From a virus: a stretch of 64,000 bases of DNA. Each line of letters opens with the position of its first letter. Position 1 is the stretch's first letter. Positions 9,390 through 20,774 of this stretch are shown here, piece after piece. Made by a program: the position numbers and the translations under genes. The notes under the pieces were generated by a model. That model had not been told where the DNA came from and searched no databases. It saw only the letters and a list, made by a program, of their open reading frames with translations. The stretch is from positions 29,011-93,010 of the IMG/VR virus record IMGVR_UViG_3300046665_000361. One strand, written 5' to 3'.

Positions 9390-11467
9390 TATGCAGCCTC
9401 CACCGTGGATTCATTGCGGCGACGCTGTGCAACGATAGCCAGGTTCTGAACGGTACGGATGTTGTCACCGGCGAACTCGATATCGAGGTGCCACGGGAAG
9501 CCCAGTGCATCATCGAGTGCTGTCATGTACGCTTTCGGCGTGATATCCACGCGGTCGTCGTACTTGCCAGTTGTGCGAGCAATCACCTTATCCCGCACCA
9601 TGTCCAGGAACACTGGATCTGGCAGCTGATCATCGCCGGACATTTCACGCCAGGTGATGTGGCCGATACGAGTCAGGTTGCACGCGATCACTGCGATCAT
9701 GTACGAATGGAAGATCGAGGTCTGATCTTCGTGAATGGTTTGCAGACCAGCCCAGAACTGGCGGCTCATGTCGAAGAACTCAGCGTAGTTAAGGCCATTG
9801 CCCCAATCCACGTTGCGCACTTCAGGATCACGAGTTACCACGTTGTGGTCGCGGTAGCGAGTGATGACGGTCTGTTCGCCGCGGCTGAAGCTTTGACGGT
9901 TCAGCATCTCGCCATTTTCAGCGCCCAGGTACTGAGTAGCCTTGATCGACAGATATTCCAGGAACGGTACGATACCGTCGTAGTCATCATTGATCAGGTA
10001 ACCCGCGTTCGCCATCAAGAAGAAGCGAACTGGACGAGTACCGAACTCAGCCGATTCCTGGGTAGCACGGAACGCAGAGCGCAGCGCCACAGCAATCGAG
10101 GAGTCTTCAGACGGCGTGTTCAGCGGTTTCAACACGTCTTGGGTACAGGCGTGAACCAGTACGTCAGGACGGATGTTGACGAAGGCTGCGAACTTCAGCT
10201 TGGTAGTGAGCGGGAAGCCCGAGTCCCAGACCGAGTCGTACGGCATGCGAGCGATGTCCTTGAACGGAACCTCGGAGTTGCTGAGGTCGCCCAGGAGCGT
10301 ATCAACGGCGGTGTTGTAAGCCGCTGGGCTGATATCGCCATCAGCGCCACCAACCATGTACAGGTTGGACAGTTCGCTGAGCAGGATGCCGCCTTGGCTT
10401 GGACCTTCGATCACGACGGTGTTGTACGGATTACCATTGATGTCAACCCCGGTCAGGAAGTTGAACTGATGGATATCCGCAAACTCGCTACCGGTGAAGG
10501 CAGTTTCGGCCGCGGTCAGTTTGGTCAGCAGGTCAGTGATGTTCTGGTCGTAGGTTGCGACCTTCTCGATCGGACCATAACCAGTGAACGCCTGAGGATC
10601 AACTGATTCGTACGCAGGGCGCAGGATCTTGCCGATATAGAACTGCTGTTCGGTATCGAGGTTGATGGTGTTCTGCTTGAACGTAAAGTCCACGTAGCCG
10701 GCGCCTTGCAGCGTGCGGGTAACGGTGGCAGTGCTTTTGACACTGGCGCGTTCAACAACCTGGAGACGGTAAATACGAGCACCGATTTCATCCTGGACAT
10801 CTTCATCAGCAGGATCGGTGGTCTTGGTGGTCGGCGCCGTCAGACGGAAGCCGATGTTGTTACCGCGAGAACCGTCGAAGCGACCCATGCCATCAGTGAT
10901 CGGAATCAGAGTCGATTCAGCACCGTCGATGCTGGAGACCAGTTGGCCGGTACGGATGGATGCATTACCGAACTCGGCAGTGCCGTCTTCAGCAGTAGTC
11001 ACTGCAATCCAGCGATGCTGGATACGGAAACCTGGAGTGGTATCGCCGGTCGGAATCCGCGCGCCGTTTGCATCGAGCTTCAGACTGTTGTCTGGATTAC
11101 GCTCGAACAAAGGAACGTTATCAGCAACCAGGTCCGTAGCGAGACGGAAGGAGGCTTGCTTGGCGCCGAGTGCCTTCAGACGCAGAAACAGGTTCTTGCC
11201 GCCCGCGGTGTAATGCGAACGAATGAACTGGCTCTGGTGGTTGAAGAAAGGCGATTTTGGGTTGACGATGTCCGCGCCGTACAGAAGCGTAAGGCCCGCC
11301 AGGTTCACGTAGTTGCCTTTCGAGTATTCTCCCCAGGGGGCGAAACTCATGTGCAGCGGAAGACGGATCGGCAGCGACTCGACCGGCATGGTCAAATTCG
11401 CGGCGGTCTCATCTTTGAAACCTCGGAATTCGTTCCGTGGTAGAGAGCTGTAAGTACTTACAGGCAT
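9389..11467 (-). CDS. Tail sheath protein (phiKZ gp29-like)
   Basis: 692 aa with an N-terminal PIRLPL...APWG segment and WDSGFPL.TK. It is divergent from the structural/terminase operon, as in phiKZ relatives. Confidence 0.85.
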   Translation of the reverse strand: MPVSTYSSLPRNEFRGFKDETAANLTMPVESLPIRLPLHMSFAPWGEYSKGNYVNLAGLTLLYGADIVNPKSPFFNHQSQFIRSHYTAGGKNLFLRLKALGAKQASFRLATDLVADNVPLFERNPDNSLKLDANGARIPTGDTTPGFRIQHRWIAVTTAEDGTAEFGNASIRTGQLVSSIDGAESTLIPITDGMGRFDGSRGNNIGFRLTAPTTKTTDPADEDVQDEIGARIYRLQVVERASVKSTATVTRTLQGAGYVDFTFKQNTINLDTEQQFYIGKILRPAYESVDPQAFTGYGPIEKVATYDQNITDLLTKLTAAETAFTGSEFADIHQFNFLTGVDINGNPYNTVVIEGPSQGGILLSELSNLYMVGGADGDISPAAYNTAVDTLLGDLSNSEVPFKDIARMPYDSVWDSGFPLTTKLKFAAFVNIRPDVLVHACTQDVLKPLNTPSEDSSIAVALRSAFRATQESAEFGTRPVRFFLMANAGYLINDDYDGIVPFLEYLSIKATQYLGAENGEMLNRQSFSRGEQTVITRYRDHNVVTRDPEVRNVDWGNGLNYAEFFDMSRQFWAGLQTIHEDQTSIFHSYMIAVIACNLTRIGHITWREMSGDDQLPDPVFLDMVRDKVIARTTGKYDDRVDITPKAYMTALDDALGFPWHLDIEFAGDNIRTVQNLAIVAQRRRNESTVEAA

Positions 11468-11616
11468 GGTGTGCTCCCAGGAGAGTTCTGCGCAGAACTT
11501 TAAGGAATGGTATGTTTGGTCAACTTCGGCGCGGACGCTGTTGTCGACATACTATTTTTTGTTCCTAATACGCATTATTTGTAACTATTTACATATAGAA
11601 AATCAGGAGTTGCGAG

Positions 11617-12516
11617 ATGTTCGACACCCCATATCAGACGACTGCCGCTTCTCGCTACGATTTATCGAAAACTATCGTCGCGGTTCGGAAATTGGAAATC
11701 AATGAAGAACTGATCCCAGCCGTCGGAAGTCTTAGTGGCGTTAAGTTTGTACCACCGGGGGAGGAAACGATTCTTCCTTTCCAGCAGCCCCTTACAACCG
11801 TGGAGATTCCTACACTCGAATCGACCGTGGTGATCGATGGCCGTTCATTGTTGCGCAGTAACGGCAAGCCCGTTCGAGATGATGCGTACAACCACGCCGT
11901 GATGATCGGTGATCTAACCGTACTCTGGTTGCAGAATAAGGATCTCTGGCGCAAGGACTTGCTCGACATCGGCGAGTTCCCAGCCAAAGTATTTGTACGG
12001 TGGATGTCCCAAGCCCTTACTACACGTCTGACATTGGATGCTGTACAGGTGGCGTTGGTTCGTTCATTGCTTTTTATTTACTACATCCAACTGTTCAATC
12101 CTCTCTCGGAACATGCAACCGATGAGGACCGTGACCGTCTACTGACGCGTGCTGCCAGATACATCGTCGGCGTTGATTCTGAAACGCTCAGCGGCATCGT
12201 CGGCAAGGTGCCGGTGTTGAATAACCTGGCCGATCTGGTCAAGTGGATCAAGGAACGGTTGGACAGTCCCCGGACTGAAAAGCTCACCGTAGGTCTTATC
12301 TTCGACGCCATCGGCTTCAGCTACGGTCAGACCTATAAAGAGTCTGTCTGCGTGGCGCTAGAGTATCCGCCTGTCTTTGTAGCGCTGGTCTACAAGACGT
12401 GCCTTGAGCGCAGCTACACTCGATCAGGTCTTGGGCGTGTCATCGAAACCGTTGTGTCTCGCGGTAACGACAAGGACTACGTGAAGTCTCTGGAAAATCT
12501 TCTTCGGGCGAGGTAA
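11617..12516 (+). CDS. Virion structural protein (phiKZ gp28 position)
   Basis: Synteny between sheath and terminase; begins MFDTPYQTT. Confidence 0.6.
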   Translation: MFDTPYQTTAASRYDLSKTIVAVRKLEINEELIPAVGSLSGVKFVPPGEETILPFQQPLTTVEIPTLESTVVIDGRSLLRSNGKPVRDDAYNHAVMIGDLTVLWLQNKDLWRKDLLDIGEFPAKVFVRWMSQALTTRLTLDAVQVALVRSLLFIYYIQLFNPLSEHATDEDRDRLLTRAARYIVGVDSETLSGIVGKVPVLNNLADLVKWIKERLDSPRTEKLTVGLIFDAIGFSYGQTYKESVCVALEYPPVFVALVYKTCLERSYTRSGLGRVIETVVSRGNDKDYVKSLENLLRAR

Positions 12517-12519
12517 TCT

Positions 12520-15147
12520 GTGAATATCACTGACGATTTCCTGATCAACGACGCGTACAAGACAGTGTGGTGTTCGCCGAGTCAGGATCGGCAGCATCGT
12601 GTAGGCCCTGCTCGGATGAGTGGTCGCTCTGGAGCGCTTGGCGATATCAAGATCGGCATGCGTAAATGGAATCTGCCCACCATTGGCGACTATTACCACG
12701 TCTTCATGATTGGCGATCTGCCCCCTGTATTGGTGGGTATGAACACAGTCAAGGATAAGTGGATCTCCGCCAGAGCACATGCGGTCGCGACGTCGCTACT
12801 GATCGACATCTACACGGATAGCGGATTGCACTTCCCGCTGTTCCAAAGTTACTTCCTGTACACCCACAACGGTGCACTGGTCATTGCCATCAAACGTAAT
12901 GACAAGATCGCAAACCTTTCCACTACCCAGCCGTATATCCGCTGGAGAAGCAACGCTTACTTCGATGGCTTTGATGCTGTCCCTACTAACGCAGGGATCG
13001 AGGTTGAAGGTATTGTTCCTAATACCGAAGCGGACTTCTATCGGTTTCAAGCCAAGTGGCGTACAGCGCAGGGTAATCAAGGCTACACGTTTGCTTTCGT
13101 GAACGGGCGACGTGTAAAGAGTCTGAACCTTACGACTCTGAAGCTTGGCGATACCATCGAATACGTGCGCGATGCTTCGGTTAAGGAAGTGCTCGAGATC
13201 TACACCAAAGATCTCAAAGCATTCGACAGTATCCTTGACCATCAAGCAAAGTATTTTCTGCCGCGGCCCGGTCTTGGCGTCACCATCGACTACTGGGATG
13301 ATATCGACGTCTATCTGCTGAACTACTCGATGGCTCAGCGGTACACCGGTTACTACTACCACTTCAACCGCGATGATTCGATTCGGATGGTGACTCACCG
13401 TGACTATTCGATCCCTATCGCTTACCTGATGGGGTACGTGGAACGAAGTCCCGATGGGTGGTACTGGAACCAAGATCTGCGGATTGAGCTGATTATCCGC
13501 CATGGCGGTTGGAATGATCGTGCTCTGCATGATGAGCATCACCGTATCAAGGAGTTGTTCAAACTCCCTGAGCCGCTGCGTATCAAGGCAATGCTCGGTC
13601 CTGACACTACGCCTATCTGGCGTGCTGAAGAACTCGAGAACAGCGCTTACACACAACTGATGCGTACTGAATTCGGTGACGTGACCAGACAGATGGTGGA
13701 AGATGCCTACGGGTATAACGCCATTAGCCGGCTGGTAGGTGACACGCCGATCAAGATCGAAGATGGTCAGAAGTGGGCACGGTTCCCAGTTAGTCTGCGG
13801 CGCCTATCGACTGTCTACGAGTACAACAAATCAGGTCTGTTGCTCGGCTGGTACTACCACGACTATTCTGTCGAGTATCCAGTGCGTAATGAGCTGACCA
13901 AGTATCTCGAAGCGTTTATCGGTACTGGCGATGTTGATCTTTCCACCGTATACGATCAGATGACCACGACTCTTGAACCGGGCGTTGACTATCGGTTCTA
14001 CATCAGCGATATCGCCAATGGGGTGGCCAAGAACAACTGGCGCGACTGCACTGGCGAAACAGCTACCTACACGGTGACTAACGGTGTAGCGACCTGGAAC
14101 GTGGATCTCAAGAAGAAACACGTCGCTGTCAAGAACACGAAAGACTTCCTTGCCAAAACGATCGTGCTCAACTACTACGATGACCTCTTGACTTTCACTG
14201 TCAATGTCGACGAAGTATCGTCAGGCAACATCTTGACGAATGACATCATGGCGATTCCGCCTGGGCAGGTTGATATCTGGTTGAACGGGTTCTCGCTGGT
14301 GAAGGATATCGACTACTTCATCAATTGGCCTCAGATCGGTATCATCAACAAAGCGTTCCTCGTTGATGGCGCCAGCCAAACGGTGACGTTCCGTGGCCGT
14401 GGTTTCTGTACTCGCGACATGAAACTTGAGACGGTGAAGGACTTTGGTTTCGTTAAGTACGGTCAGCTTAGCCACAACAGCCGATTCAACGTTCGAGACG
14501 ACAAGGTGATTCGCATCACCGTGGGTGGTCAGTTGTACACTCGCGATGAGCTCGGCTTTACCGAAGATGGTACGACGATCGTCATGCCTGGTGTTGAGAA
14601 TGGGGCGCCTTACTCGATCACTGATCCGATCATTCCGATTGCGATGGTGACGAACACCGACACCTACACGTTGCGAGACAAGTCTGAGGCAGTGGACGCT
14701 GAGGTGGAAGATTACCTCACCATGGATCTGCCAGAGCCTATCCCGACAGTACCGGACGCCATCCCTACACTGTACAAGGTCTTCAGTCCGTTTACGGCCA
14801 AGTTGATCTACGACATGTTGGGCGGCTATCTACTGATGGATGAGTTCGAAGGCGATTACTCGCTGGACGACGTGAAGAAGAAGCTGGTTGGGTATGAATG
14901 GATTCTGGCTTTCGATCCAGTGATCCAGGGCTATGACAAGGATTACGTCATCGTCCATCCTCATCCAGAGTCGGGCGCTATCATGCTCAACGTCTACCAG
15001 TTCCGGTTCCTTACTCGAGCGGTAGAGGTGTTCCTCAACGGCGAAGTCAACATCAGCCGTCACACGCTGATTGTCGAGCCTGGATTCGAGCACTACACCT
15101 ACGATCATCCACATCCTCATCGCACATGGGCTGAGGTAGGTCAATAA
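12520..15147 (+). CDS. Virion structural, probably baseplate, protein (phiKZ gp27 position)
   Basis: 875 aa beginning with VWCSPSQDRQ; synteny. Confidence 0.6.
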   Translation: MNITDDFLINDAYKTVWCSPSQDRQHRVGPARMSGRSGALGDIKIGMRKWNLPTIGDYYHVFMIGDLPPVLVGMNTVKDKWISARAHAVATSLLIDIYTDSGLHFPLFQSYFLYTHNGALVIAIKRNDKIANLSTTQPYIRWRSNAYFDGFDAVPTNAGIEVEGIVPNTEADFYRFQAKWRTAQGNQGYTFAFVNGRRVKSLNLTTLKLGDTIEYVRDASVKEVLEIYTKDLKAFDSILDHQAKYFLPRPGLGVTIDYWDDIDVYLLNYSMAQRYTGYYYHFNRDDSIRMVTHRDYSIPIAYLMGYVERSPDGWYWNQDLRIELIIRHGGWNDRALHDEHHRIKELFKLPEPLRIKAMLGPDTTPIWRAEELENSAYTQLMRTEFGDVTRQMVEDAYGYNAISRLVGDTPIKIEDGQKWARFPVSLRRLSTVYEYNKSGLLLGWYYHDYSVEYPVRNELTKYLEAFIGTGDVDLSTVYDQMTTTLEPGVDYRFYISDIANGVAKNNWRDCTGETATYTVTNGVATWNVDLKKKHVAVKNTKDFLAKTIVLNYYDDLLTFTVNVDEVSSGNILTNDIMAIPPGQVDIWLNGFSLVKDIDYFINWPQIGIINKAFLVDGASQTVTFRGRGFCTRDMKLETVKDFGFVKYGQLSHNSRFNVRDDKVIRITVGGQLYTRDELGFTEDGTTIVMPGVENGAPYSITDPIIPIAMVTNTDTYTLRDKSEAVDAEVEDYLTMDLPEPIPTVPDAIPTLYKVFSPFTAKLIYDMLGGYLLMDEFEGDYSLDDVKKKLVGYEWILAFDPVIQGYDKDYVIVHPHPESGAIMLNVYQFRFLTRAVEVFLNGEVNISRHTLIVEPGFEHYTYDHPHPHRTWAEVGQ

Positions 15148-15188
15148 TCAACGGGGAGGGCGACCTCCCCTTTAGAGAGTCTGAAGCC

Positions 15189-16904
15189 ATGGCTGTGACT
15201 ATTATCCCTCTACCGGGCGGCGGTCGGGTAGTCTACGAGTTGGATCGTCTCAACAGCTCGTTCAATTTGGCAAACCTGTACATGTATCGTCTGATCGATG
15301 ACAGCAGCGATGTCATCAAGGGTGATGGTGACTTCGTTCCTAACGTGGACGATGTCATCTACGATTTCAAATTGGGCTGGTTCCGGGTAGGTCACGTTGA
15401 CCTGACCTCGTATACCGTTGACCTCGTCTTCTGGGAGCCGCCTAAGAACGACTCTGACGTCGGTGTGGACGACGTACTACTCGGTGTAGGTCCAGGCTAC
15501 AGTAGCGAGAGCTGGCGCGTCCTGCTGGATACTCGTGTCTTCCCTCACCGTCTTGATATCGACATGAAGTTCTTCATGTACGGAGTCGAGGCCAAAGAGG
15601 TGCGCATCTTCCGAGGCGTGAACACGACTGATACTGGCGAAGTCATCAGTGCGTACTACTCGCAAGGTGAATACGTCAGTGATGCGATTCCTCTGGACTT
15701 CGCAGGTCAGCACATCCTGTACAACAAGGCTATCAAAGCGCCTGCCCAAGGTTATACGACCAAGGAAGGATTGCTCGATGGTCAGATCGTAACGGTGGTG
15801 ACTTACAGCAACTCTGGTGCTCCGACGAGCTATGCCAAGATGCTGATCATGAACACCAACCTGACTCGTCACGCCAACGATTCCATGAAGCGTGTCAAGT
15901 CGATCGAAGTGATCAGTCCGTATCTGTCGAAGACCGAGCCGAACACGCTGGAAGTTCCTGTCGATTCGACCATGGAAACTCTGGTCATGCGGGCGAAGGT
16001 CACTTACGCAGACGGCAGTTCTCGCACCATGGATATCGTCGACGAAGACGCCAACGGCAAGTTCAAGCTGTTGGGTCTGAAATGGTGGTCTCCAAGTCAA
16101 ACAGGTCGTCCTCAAGGTCTCAAACTCGTTTACGAGCTCTCTGAGTCCGAAGAGTATTCCTACCTGCAAGGCGAGACAGTCAATGGTAAGGTCATCACCA
16201 GCTACCGCATCATCGGCATCCCTGTCGATCCAGCGCGCAGCCTGAAAGTCTACGCCTTCCCAGTGTGGCTCAACAGCATGCAGGGCTATGGTCTGGAATA
16301 CTGGCTGTACGATCTCGATCGTCAAGTTGCTCGCAGCATCCCTAAAGGTGCTGTTGCTTTGGCTGAGAACAGTCCTCCGTTCGATGGTCTGGAATTCACC
16401 TCCGTTCAGCATCTGCGCATCGGGGTTACTCTCAAGGCAGTCGATGTCGAATACGGCGAAGACGTCCACACTCAGCAGATCCAAGTGGCCTTGCTGCGTG
16501 ATGGTGGCCTGAACATGGCGAACTGGAAAGTCAAGTTCTCCGGTGCTCAGGAAGTCTGGTTCGGTAACGGCACCAACGCGATTGTACATGCATTGACTGG
16601 CGGGATCTCTACAGTCAACGTTAGCCAAGAGCTGACGGACTATAGCGTCTGGCTAAAACAACTGTACTACAGCATCGACCCTCTGTACGATCCACAGACA
16701 GAACTGGCGGGCCTGGAACCTACGCACTTCATCATCACGACGAAGACGCGGGCGTTCAAAGTCCCTATCACCTCATGGCGTCAGGACATCAACTTTGTCA
16801 CTGACCTCGGCGAAGGTGAAACGCTTTATCTGAAGTGGGTCAAGGAGACAGCTTCCGGCGACCTGCAACTGGGTATCTCCGGTCTCCCTCAGCACAGCGT
16901 GTAA
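15189..16904 (+). CDS. Virion structural protein (phiKZ gp26 position)
   Basis: 571 aa, beta-rich, directly upstream of the terminase. Confidence 0.6.
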   Translation: MAVTIIPLPGGGRVVYELDRLNSSFNLANLYMYRLIDDSSDVIKGDGDFVPNVDDVIYDFKLGWFRVGHVDLTSYTVDLVFWEPPKNDSDVGVDDVLLGVGPGYSSESWRVLLDTRVFPHRLDIDMKFFMYGVEAKEVRIFRGVNTTDTGEVISAYYSQGEYVSDAIPLDFAGQHILYNKAIKAPAQGYTTKEGLLDGQIVTVVTYSNSGAPTSYAKMLIMNTNLTRHANDSMKRVKSIEVISPYLSKTEPNTLEVPVDSTMETLVMRAKVTYADGSSRTMDIVDEDANGKFKLLGLKWWSPSQTGRPQGLKLVYELSESEEYSYLQGETVNGKVITSYRIIGIPVDPARSLKVYAFPVWLNSMQGYGLEYWLYDLDRQVARSIPKGAVALAENSPPFDGLEFTSVQHLRIGVTLKAVDVEYGEDVHTQQIQVALLRDGGLNMANWKVKFSGAQEVWFGNGTNAIVHALTGGISTVNVSQELTDYSVWLKQLYYSIDPLYDPQTELAGLEPTHFIITTKTRAFKVPITSWRQDINFVTDLGEGETLYLKWVKETASGDLQLGISGLPQHSV

Positions 16905-16968
16905 TGCGGTGACGACTCTGGGTAGGTTCGCCTGCCCAGCAGTCTATGCCGTTACCTAAGGACACCAC

Positions 16969-19140
16969 ATGGCTATTCTTTATCTTGAAGACTGGGATCG
17001 CTATCCGACCGCTATTGCTGACTTCGACTCACCGAATCGAAGTTGGGTGACGATGGCACTGAAGTATGAGTTGATGGGTATCAAGAACTGGTACTTCATG
17101 CTTGCACTTCAGAACAAAGCGCTGGTGGGAGTTGATCCATATTCCAAATATTTGACCGATGATCAGAAACAACTGATCTTGATGGAGTGCTACAGTAACC
17201 CGTGGTATTTGTTTCGAGAAGTAATCCGTATTCCGGACGGTGATAACAAAATCATGCTGGAGGCTAACCGGGGTAACATTGCCCTGTTCTGGTGTGTGCT
17301 CAATTCCTTTATTACGTATTTGCAACAGATCCGTCAGACCGGTAAGTCGCTGAACACCCGTATCTTGGTGGTGGCGTTCCACGTCTTCTTGACCAAAGGT
17401 GCGCAACACATCCTCTTCACCAAGGGTGACTTGCGTCGAGATGAGATCAAGTATTACAAGAAGTATCGTAAGTCGCTCCCTGAGTGGATGTGGCACATGG
17501 AGCACGGTGATACGGATAACCAGCTCGAATTCACCACCATGATGAATGGTAACTTCACCTACTCGTACGTTCCTCAGGGCAGTCCTGATGACGCGACAGG
17601 TGTAGGTCGGGGTAAGACGCCTGACTTCATCAACGTGGACGAACCGCCATTCTTGGCGAACGCTGACATTTCCATCCCTGCATTGATGGCATCGACTACC
17701 AACTCCTTCGACAAAGCCCGTAAGTACAAGAAGTTCCATGCGATCTTGTACACGACTACGGCCGGTGACTTGTCTACCGATTCCGGTAAATACGTCTACG
17801 AGAAGATCAAGAAGAAGGCGATGTACTTCAGCGAGATCTTGTTCGATGCGAGGAACCGTGCTGAAGCTGTTGACATCATCATGGCCAATAGCAAGTGCGA
17901 AGACAAGTCGGCGCCATATGTCGATATCTCGTTTAGCCACTTGCAACTTGGTTACGACGATGAATGGCTCCGAGGTAAAATGGCAGTAGCCAACGGTACG
18001 ATCGATCAGATGCGTCGAGACTTCTTGGGACAATGGACGTTCGGTAGTTCCCACAACCCTCTGAACGAGAAGTTGTTGAAGCGTATTCGGGATGCGGTAA
18101 ATAACCATCCGTATAACGACAAAGACGATCTCAGACAGTATGTTGTCAAGTATCATCTACCGATGGATGAAGTCAAACGCAGATCGTCTATTCTTGGTCT
18201 CGATACCTCGGAGGCGATCGGCCGAGATGCAATTACAGGCGTGATGATCGATGTGCAGACAGCTGAGGTCTTGGCAACGTTCATGATTGGGGAAGGCTAC
18301 ATCACCCACTTCTCGCAATGGTTCGCCAACTTCATCGAGAAACATCCGAACATGACGGTGATTGCTGAAGCCAAATCTACATGGCGGTCAATCTGTGATG
18401 ACTTGCTCATCGAGCTGCCTAAGCGCGGTATCGATGCCGGTCGTCGTTTGTACAACCGTGTGGTTGATGATGCTGAAGGTACTGAAGCTGAACAAAGGAC
18501 ATACCGCGAGTACAAATCCGGTGCTCCGTCTGAACGTAAGTACTTCCCTTTCCGCCGCCTGTTTGGTTTCCCAACCAGTGGCCCGTTGCGTGAACTGCTG
18601 TACGGGAAGATCTTCAAAGAAGCGACGCGTGAGAACCCGACGCTTATCAGAGACAGTAATCTCATTGATGAACTCTCAGGTCTGGTGAAAACCCGTGATG
18701 AGCGTATTGACCACAAATCGTCAGGGCACGATGACCACGTTATTTCGTGGCTGTTGGCTCAGTGGTTCCTGCGTCAGGGTCGTAACCTTGAGCATTACGG
18801 CATCGACCGCCGCAGTGTTCTTAGTCGCGTCAAAACTGCTGCTATCGAGGAAACTCCTAAACAGCGGATCGCTATGATGAAGCAACAGCGGCTTGAGATC
18901 CAAGTCACTCAGTTGCGTGATCGTCTGTCGTCTGTACAGAGCAGCATCGAACGCAAATATCTGGAATCGAAGATCAAGTCGATCGAATCGGAACTGGATA
19001 TCGATGATGTATCGGATATCGGCTCTGTCGATAACCGTTCTGAGGCAGCGCGAGAAAGTCGGAGAGCTTCCCGCCAGTCTCCAACCAACTCGTACACCAA
19101 CTATCGGTTTGCTCCGTTCAAGTATCGCAAAGCGGCATAA
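16969..19140 (+). CDS. terL: Terminase large subunit
   Basis: Walker A RQTGKS, Walker B FINVDE, and nuclease motifs GLDTSEAIGRD and HDDHVISW. Confidence 0.92.
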   Translation: MAILYLEDWDRYPTAIADFDSPNRSWVTMALKYELMGIKNWYFMLALQNKALVGVDPYSKYLTDDQKQLILMECYSNPWYLFREVIRIPDGDNKIMLEANRGNIALFWCVLNSFITYLQQIRQTGKSLNTRILVVAFHVFLTKGAQHILFTKGDLRRDEIKYYKKYRKSLPEWMWHMEHGDTDNQLEFTTMMNGNFTYSYVPQGSPDDATGVGRGKTPDFINVDEPPFLANADISIPALMASTTNSFDKARKYKKFHAILYTTTAGDLSTDSGKYVYEKIKKKAMYFSEILFDARNRAEAVDIIMANSKCEDKSAPYVDISFSHLQLGYDDEWLRGKMAVANGTIDQMRRDFLGQWTFGSSHNPLNEKLLKRIRDAVNNHPYNDKDDLRQYVVKYHLPMDEVKRRSSILGLDTSEAIGRDAITGVMIDVQTAEVLATFMIGEGYITHFSQWFANFIEKHPNMTVIAEAKSTWRSICDDLLIELPKRGIDAGRRLYNRVVDDAEGTEAEQRTYREYKSGAPSERKYFPFRRLFGFPTSGPLRELLYGKIFKEATRENPTLIRDSNLIDELSGLVKTRDERIDHKSSGHDDHVISWLLAQWFLRQGRNLEHYGIDRRSVLSRVKTAAIEETPKQRIAMMKQQRLEIQVTQLRDRLSSVQSSIERKYLESKIKSIESELDIDDVSDIGSVDNRSEAARESRRASRQSPTNSYTNYRFAPFKYRKAA

Positions 19141-19144
19141 GCGA

Positions 19145-19174
19145 CATACAGCGGGGCGAAAGCCCCGCTGTATG
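19145..19174. terminator. Bidirectional hairpin between convergent genes (hairpin family)
   Basis: Perfect stem CATACAGCGGGGC-GAAA-GCCCCGCTGTATG. Confidence 0.75.
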
Positions 19175-19177
19175 CTG

Positions 19178-20419
19178 TCAGACTGCGCCTACTCGATTAC
19201 CGCCGCGGTAATGCTGCATCGTAAACGCTCTGAGTAGAACGTAAAGCAATACAGCGTTTCGGATAGCTGGGATCAGGACCTTGTTCTTTGACCGTACCGC
19301 TACTACTGCGATCTCTTCAGTGAGTTCCCTCATCTCAAGGATCATTTCGTTGCTGGTTCGGCTGGCCTGGTACAACGACTTCATCTTCCGAAGCAATCCA
19401 GGGATGTCGCTTGACGATGCCATGGTGCTTGGATTACGGCTGATGTAATCGAAAGCATGCTGGATGACAAGCTCGCAGATGCGCTGTACGCGCTTGTCGG
19501 CCTTAGGCGAGGCGTTGTTACTCATGTACGCCAAAGTCTTCACCAGCGCGCTCTTAGGCAGTGTGTTGATCGTTCTGAGGATAACGTTGACCAGTTCGGG
19601 AACAATGAAGTTGTTCTGGTCGTAAATGATCTCCAGAATGTAGCGCATGTACGTACTGACCATGCGAGATCTGTCGCGCAGTTTGAGTTCACCGTCGAGT
19701 TCGATGGTTGCGCTATTGTTCCTGATCTGCATCTCAGGAGAGTTCTGCACCACGGTAAACATGTCACGAATGTTCTTGACGATGTCCTTGATGCGCCCCT
19801 GGGTATCGTTGGCTATCTTGTCGATATCGTGGTCGAAGGTGATCAGGTGTTTATACCAGAGCGTACCTTTACCTACGATATCTTCAGCGCGGTTCTTGAG
19901 CAGATCGCCCCAGTTACCGTGGATCTTGAGGCCAAACCGTTTTGTCAGCGCCGCGTAGGTGGCCTGAGCCACAATCGGATCGGCAGCATAGTGGAACATG
20001 TTGGCCAAAATGGAGGTGATGTACTTGTACTGGAGGACCAACGCTACTGCAAATGCCCCATCGTGCTTGGCCTGATCGTTGAGTTTGTCAGACGTCAGAA
20101 ACTTATGGATCATCCAGAGGCAGGCAAGGTTCATTGTGTCGCTGGATACGTGACGATGCGTCACCACTTCCGGCAGCGCATGGAGATCATCCTCGAGAGC
20201 ATCCTCATCGACGTCCATGATCTCTTCAAACCAGCGGTTGCGGTCTTCGTCTTTAAAACGTACAGCGTCCACTCCTAACAAGTTACCGCCAAAGAAAGAG
20301 ATATGGGCTTCGTTCTTATTGACGAACTTCTGTTCATACGTCTGGACCTTACGGAGCAATACCTGGTCAAATACCAGGTGCTCGCAATGGTGTCCGAACA
20401 CCTCTTTGATATTCTTCAT
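19178..20419 (-). CDS. Conserved protein (phiKZ gp32 / SPN3US gp262 position)
   Basis: 413-aa ORF convergent on the terminase; contains FFGGNLLGV; synteny. Confidence 0.6.
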   Translation of the reverse strand: MKNIKEVFGHHCEHLVFDQVLLRKVQTYEQKFVNKNEAHISFFGGNLLGVDAVRFKDEDRNRWFEEIMDVDEDALEDDLHALPEVVTHRHVSSDTMNLACLWMIHKFLTSDKLNDQAKHDGAFAVALVLQYKYITSILANMFHYAADPIVAQATYAALTKRFGLKIHGNWGDLLKNRAEDIVGKGTLWYKHLITFDHDIDKIANDTQGRIKDIVKNIRDMFTVVQNSPEMQIRNNSATIELDGELKLRDRSRMVSTYMRYILEIIYDQNNFIVPELVNVILRTINTLPKSALVKTLAYMSNNASPKADKRVQRICELVIQHAFDYISRNPSTMASSSDIPGLLRKMKSLYQASRTSNEMILEMRELTEEIAVVAVRSKNKVLIPAIRNAVLLYVLLRAFTMQHYRGGNRVGAV

Positions 20420-20465
20420 GTAGAATCTGCCGTATGGTGCGCCTAAGTCATATCAATCGAATCTT

Positions 20466-20491
20466 TTAAGATCGTACATTCTATCTATGAC
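20466..20491 (+). promoter_or_regulatory. Putative early promoter
   Basis: TTAAGATCGTACATTCTATCTATGAC. Confidence 0.55.
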
Positions 20492-20519
20492 ACAACGTTA
20501 TCCTGGGGAGGAAAACATC

Positions 20520-20720
20520 ATGGGCAATGCAACTGCTAACGAAAGTCAAGTAGGGTATATCCATCATTTGCACCATGCGGATGACTTGGATTGTGACAAT
20601 GATTCGTGTCGATCCAAAGCAACAGTCCGGCTTACTGAAAAATCAGGACTCGGTGTTAGCTACGGCTATTACTGCAAAGCCTGCCTACCGGATATTCCAA
20701 TGCCTGCAAAGGCGTCATAA
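20520..20720 (+). CDS. Small Cys-rich, possible zinc-binding protein
   Basis: CDNDSC...CKAC; start moved to ATG 20520 behind GGAGG. Confidence 0.6.
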   Translation: MGNATANESQVGYIHHLHHADDLDCDNDSCRSKATVRLTEKSGLGVSYGYYCKACLPDIPMPAKAS

Positions 20721-20774
20721 CCAAGACGGGACTCTCGGGTCCCGCCTCTATGCTGTAACCATTAGGAGAAGTAG

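Noticed and set aside
16969-19140. Intein or intron in terminase, polymerase or helicase
   Set aside because: Lengths are ordinary and no intein splice-junction or LAGLIDADG motifs were seen.
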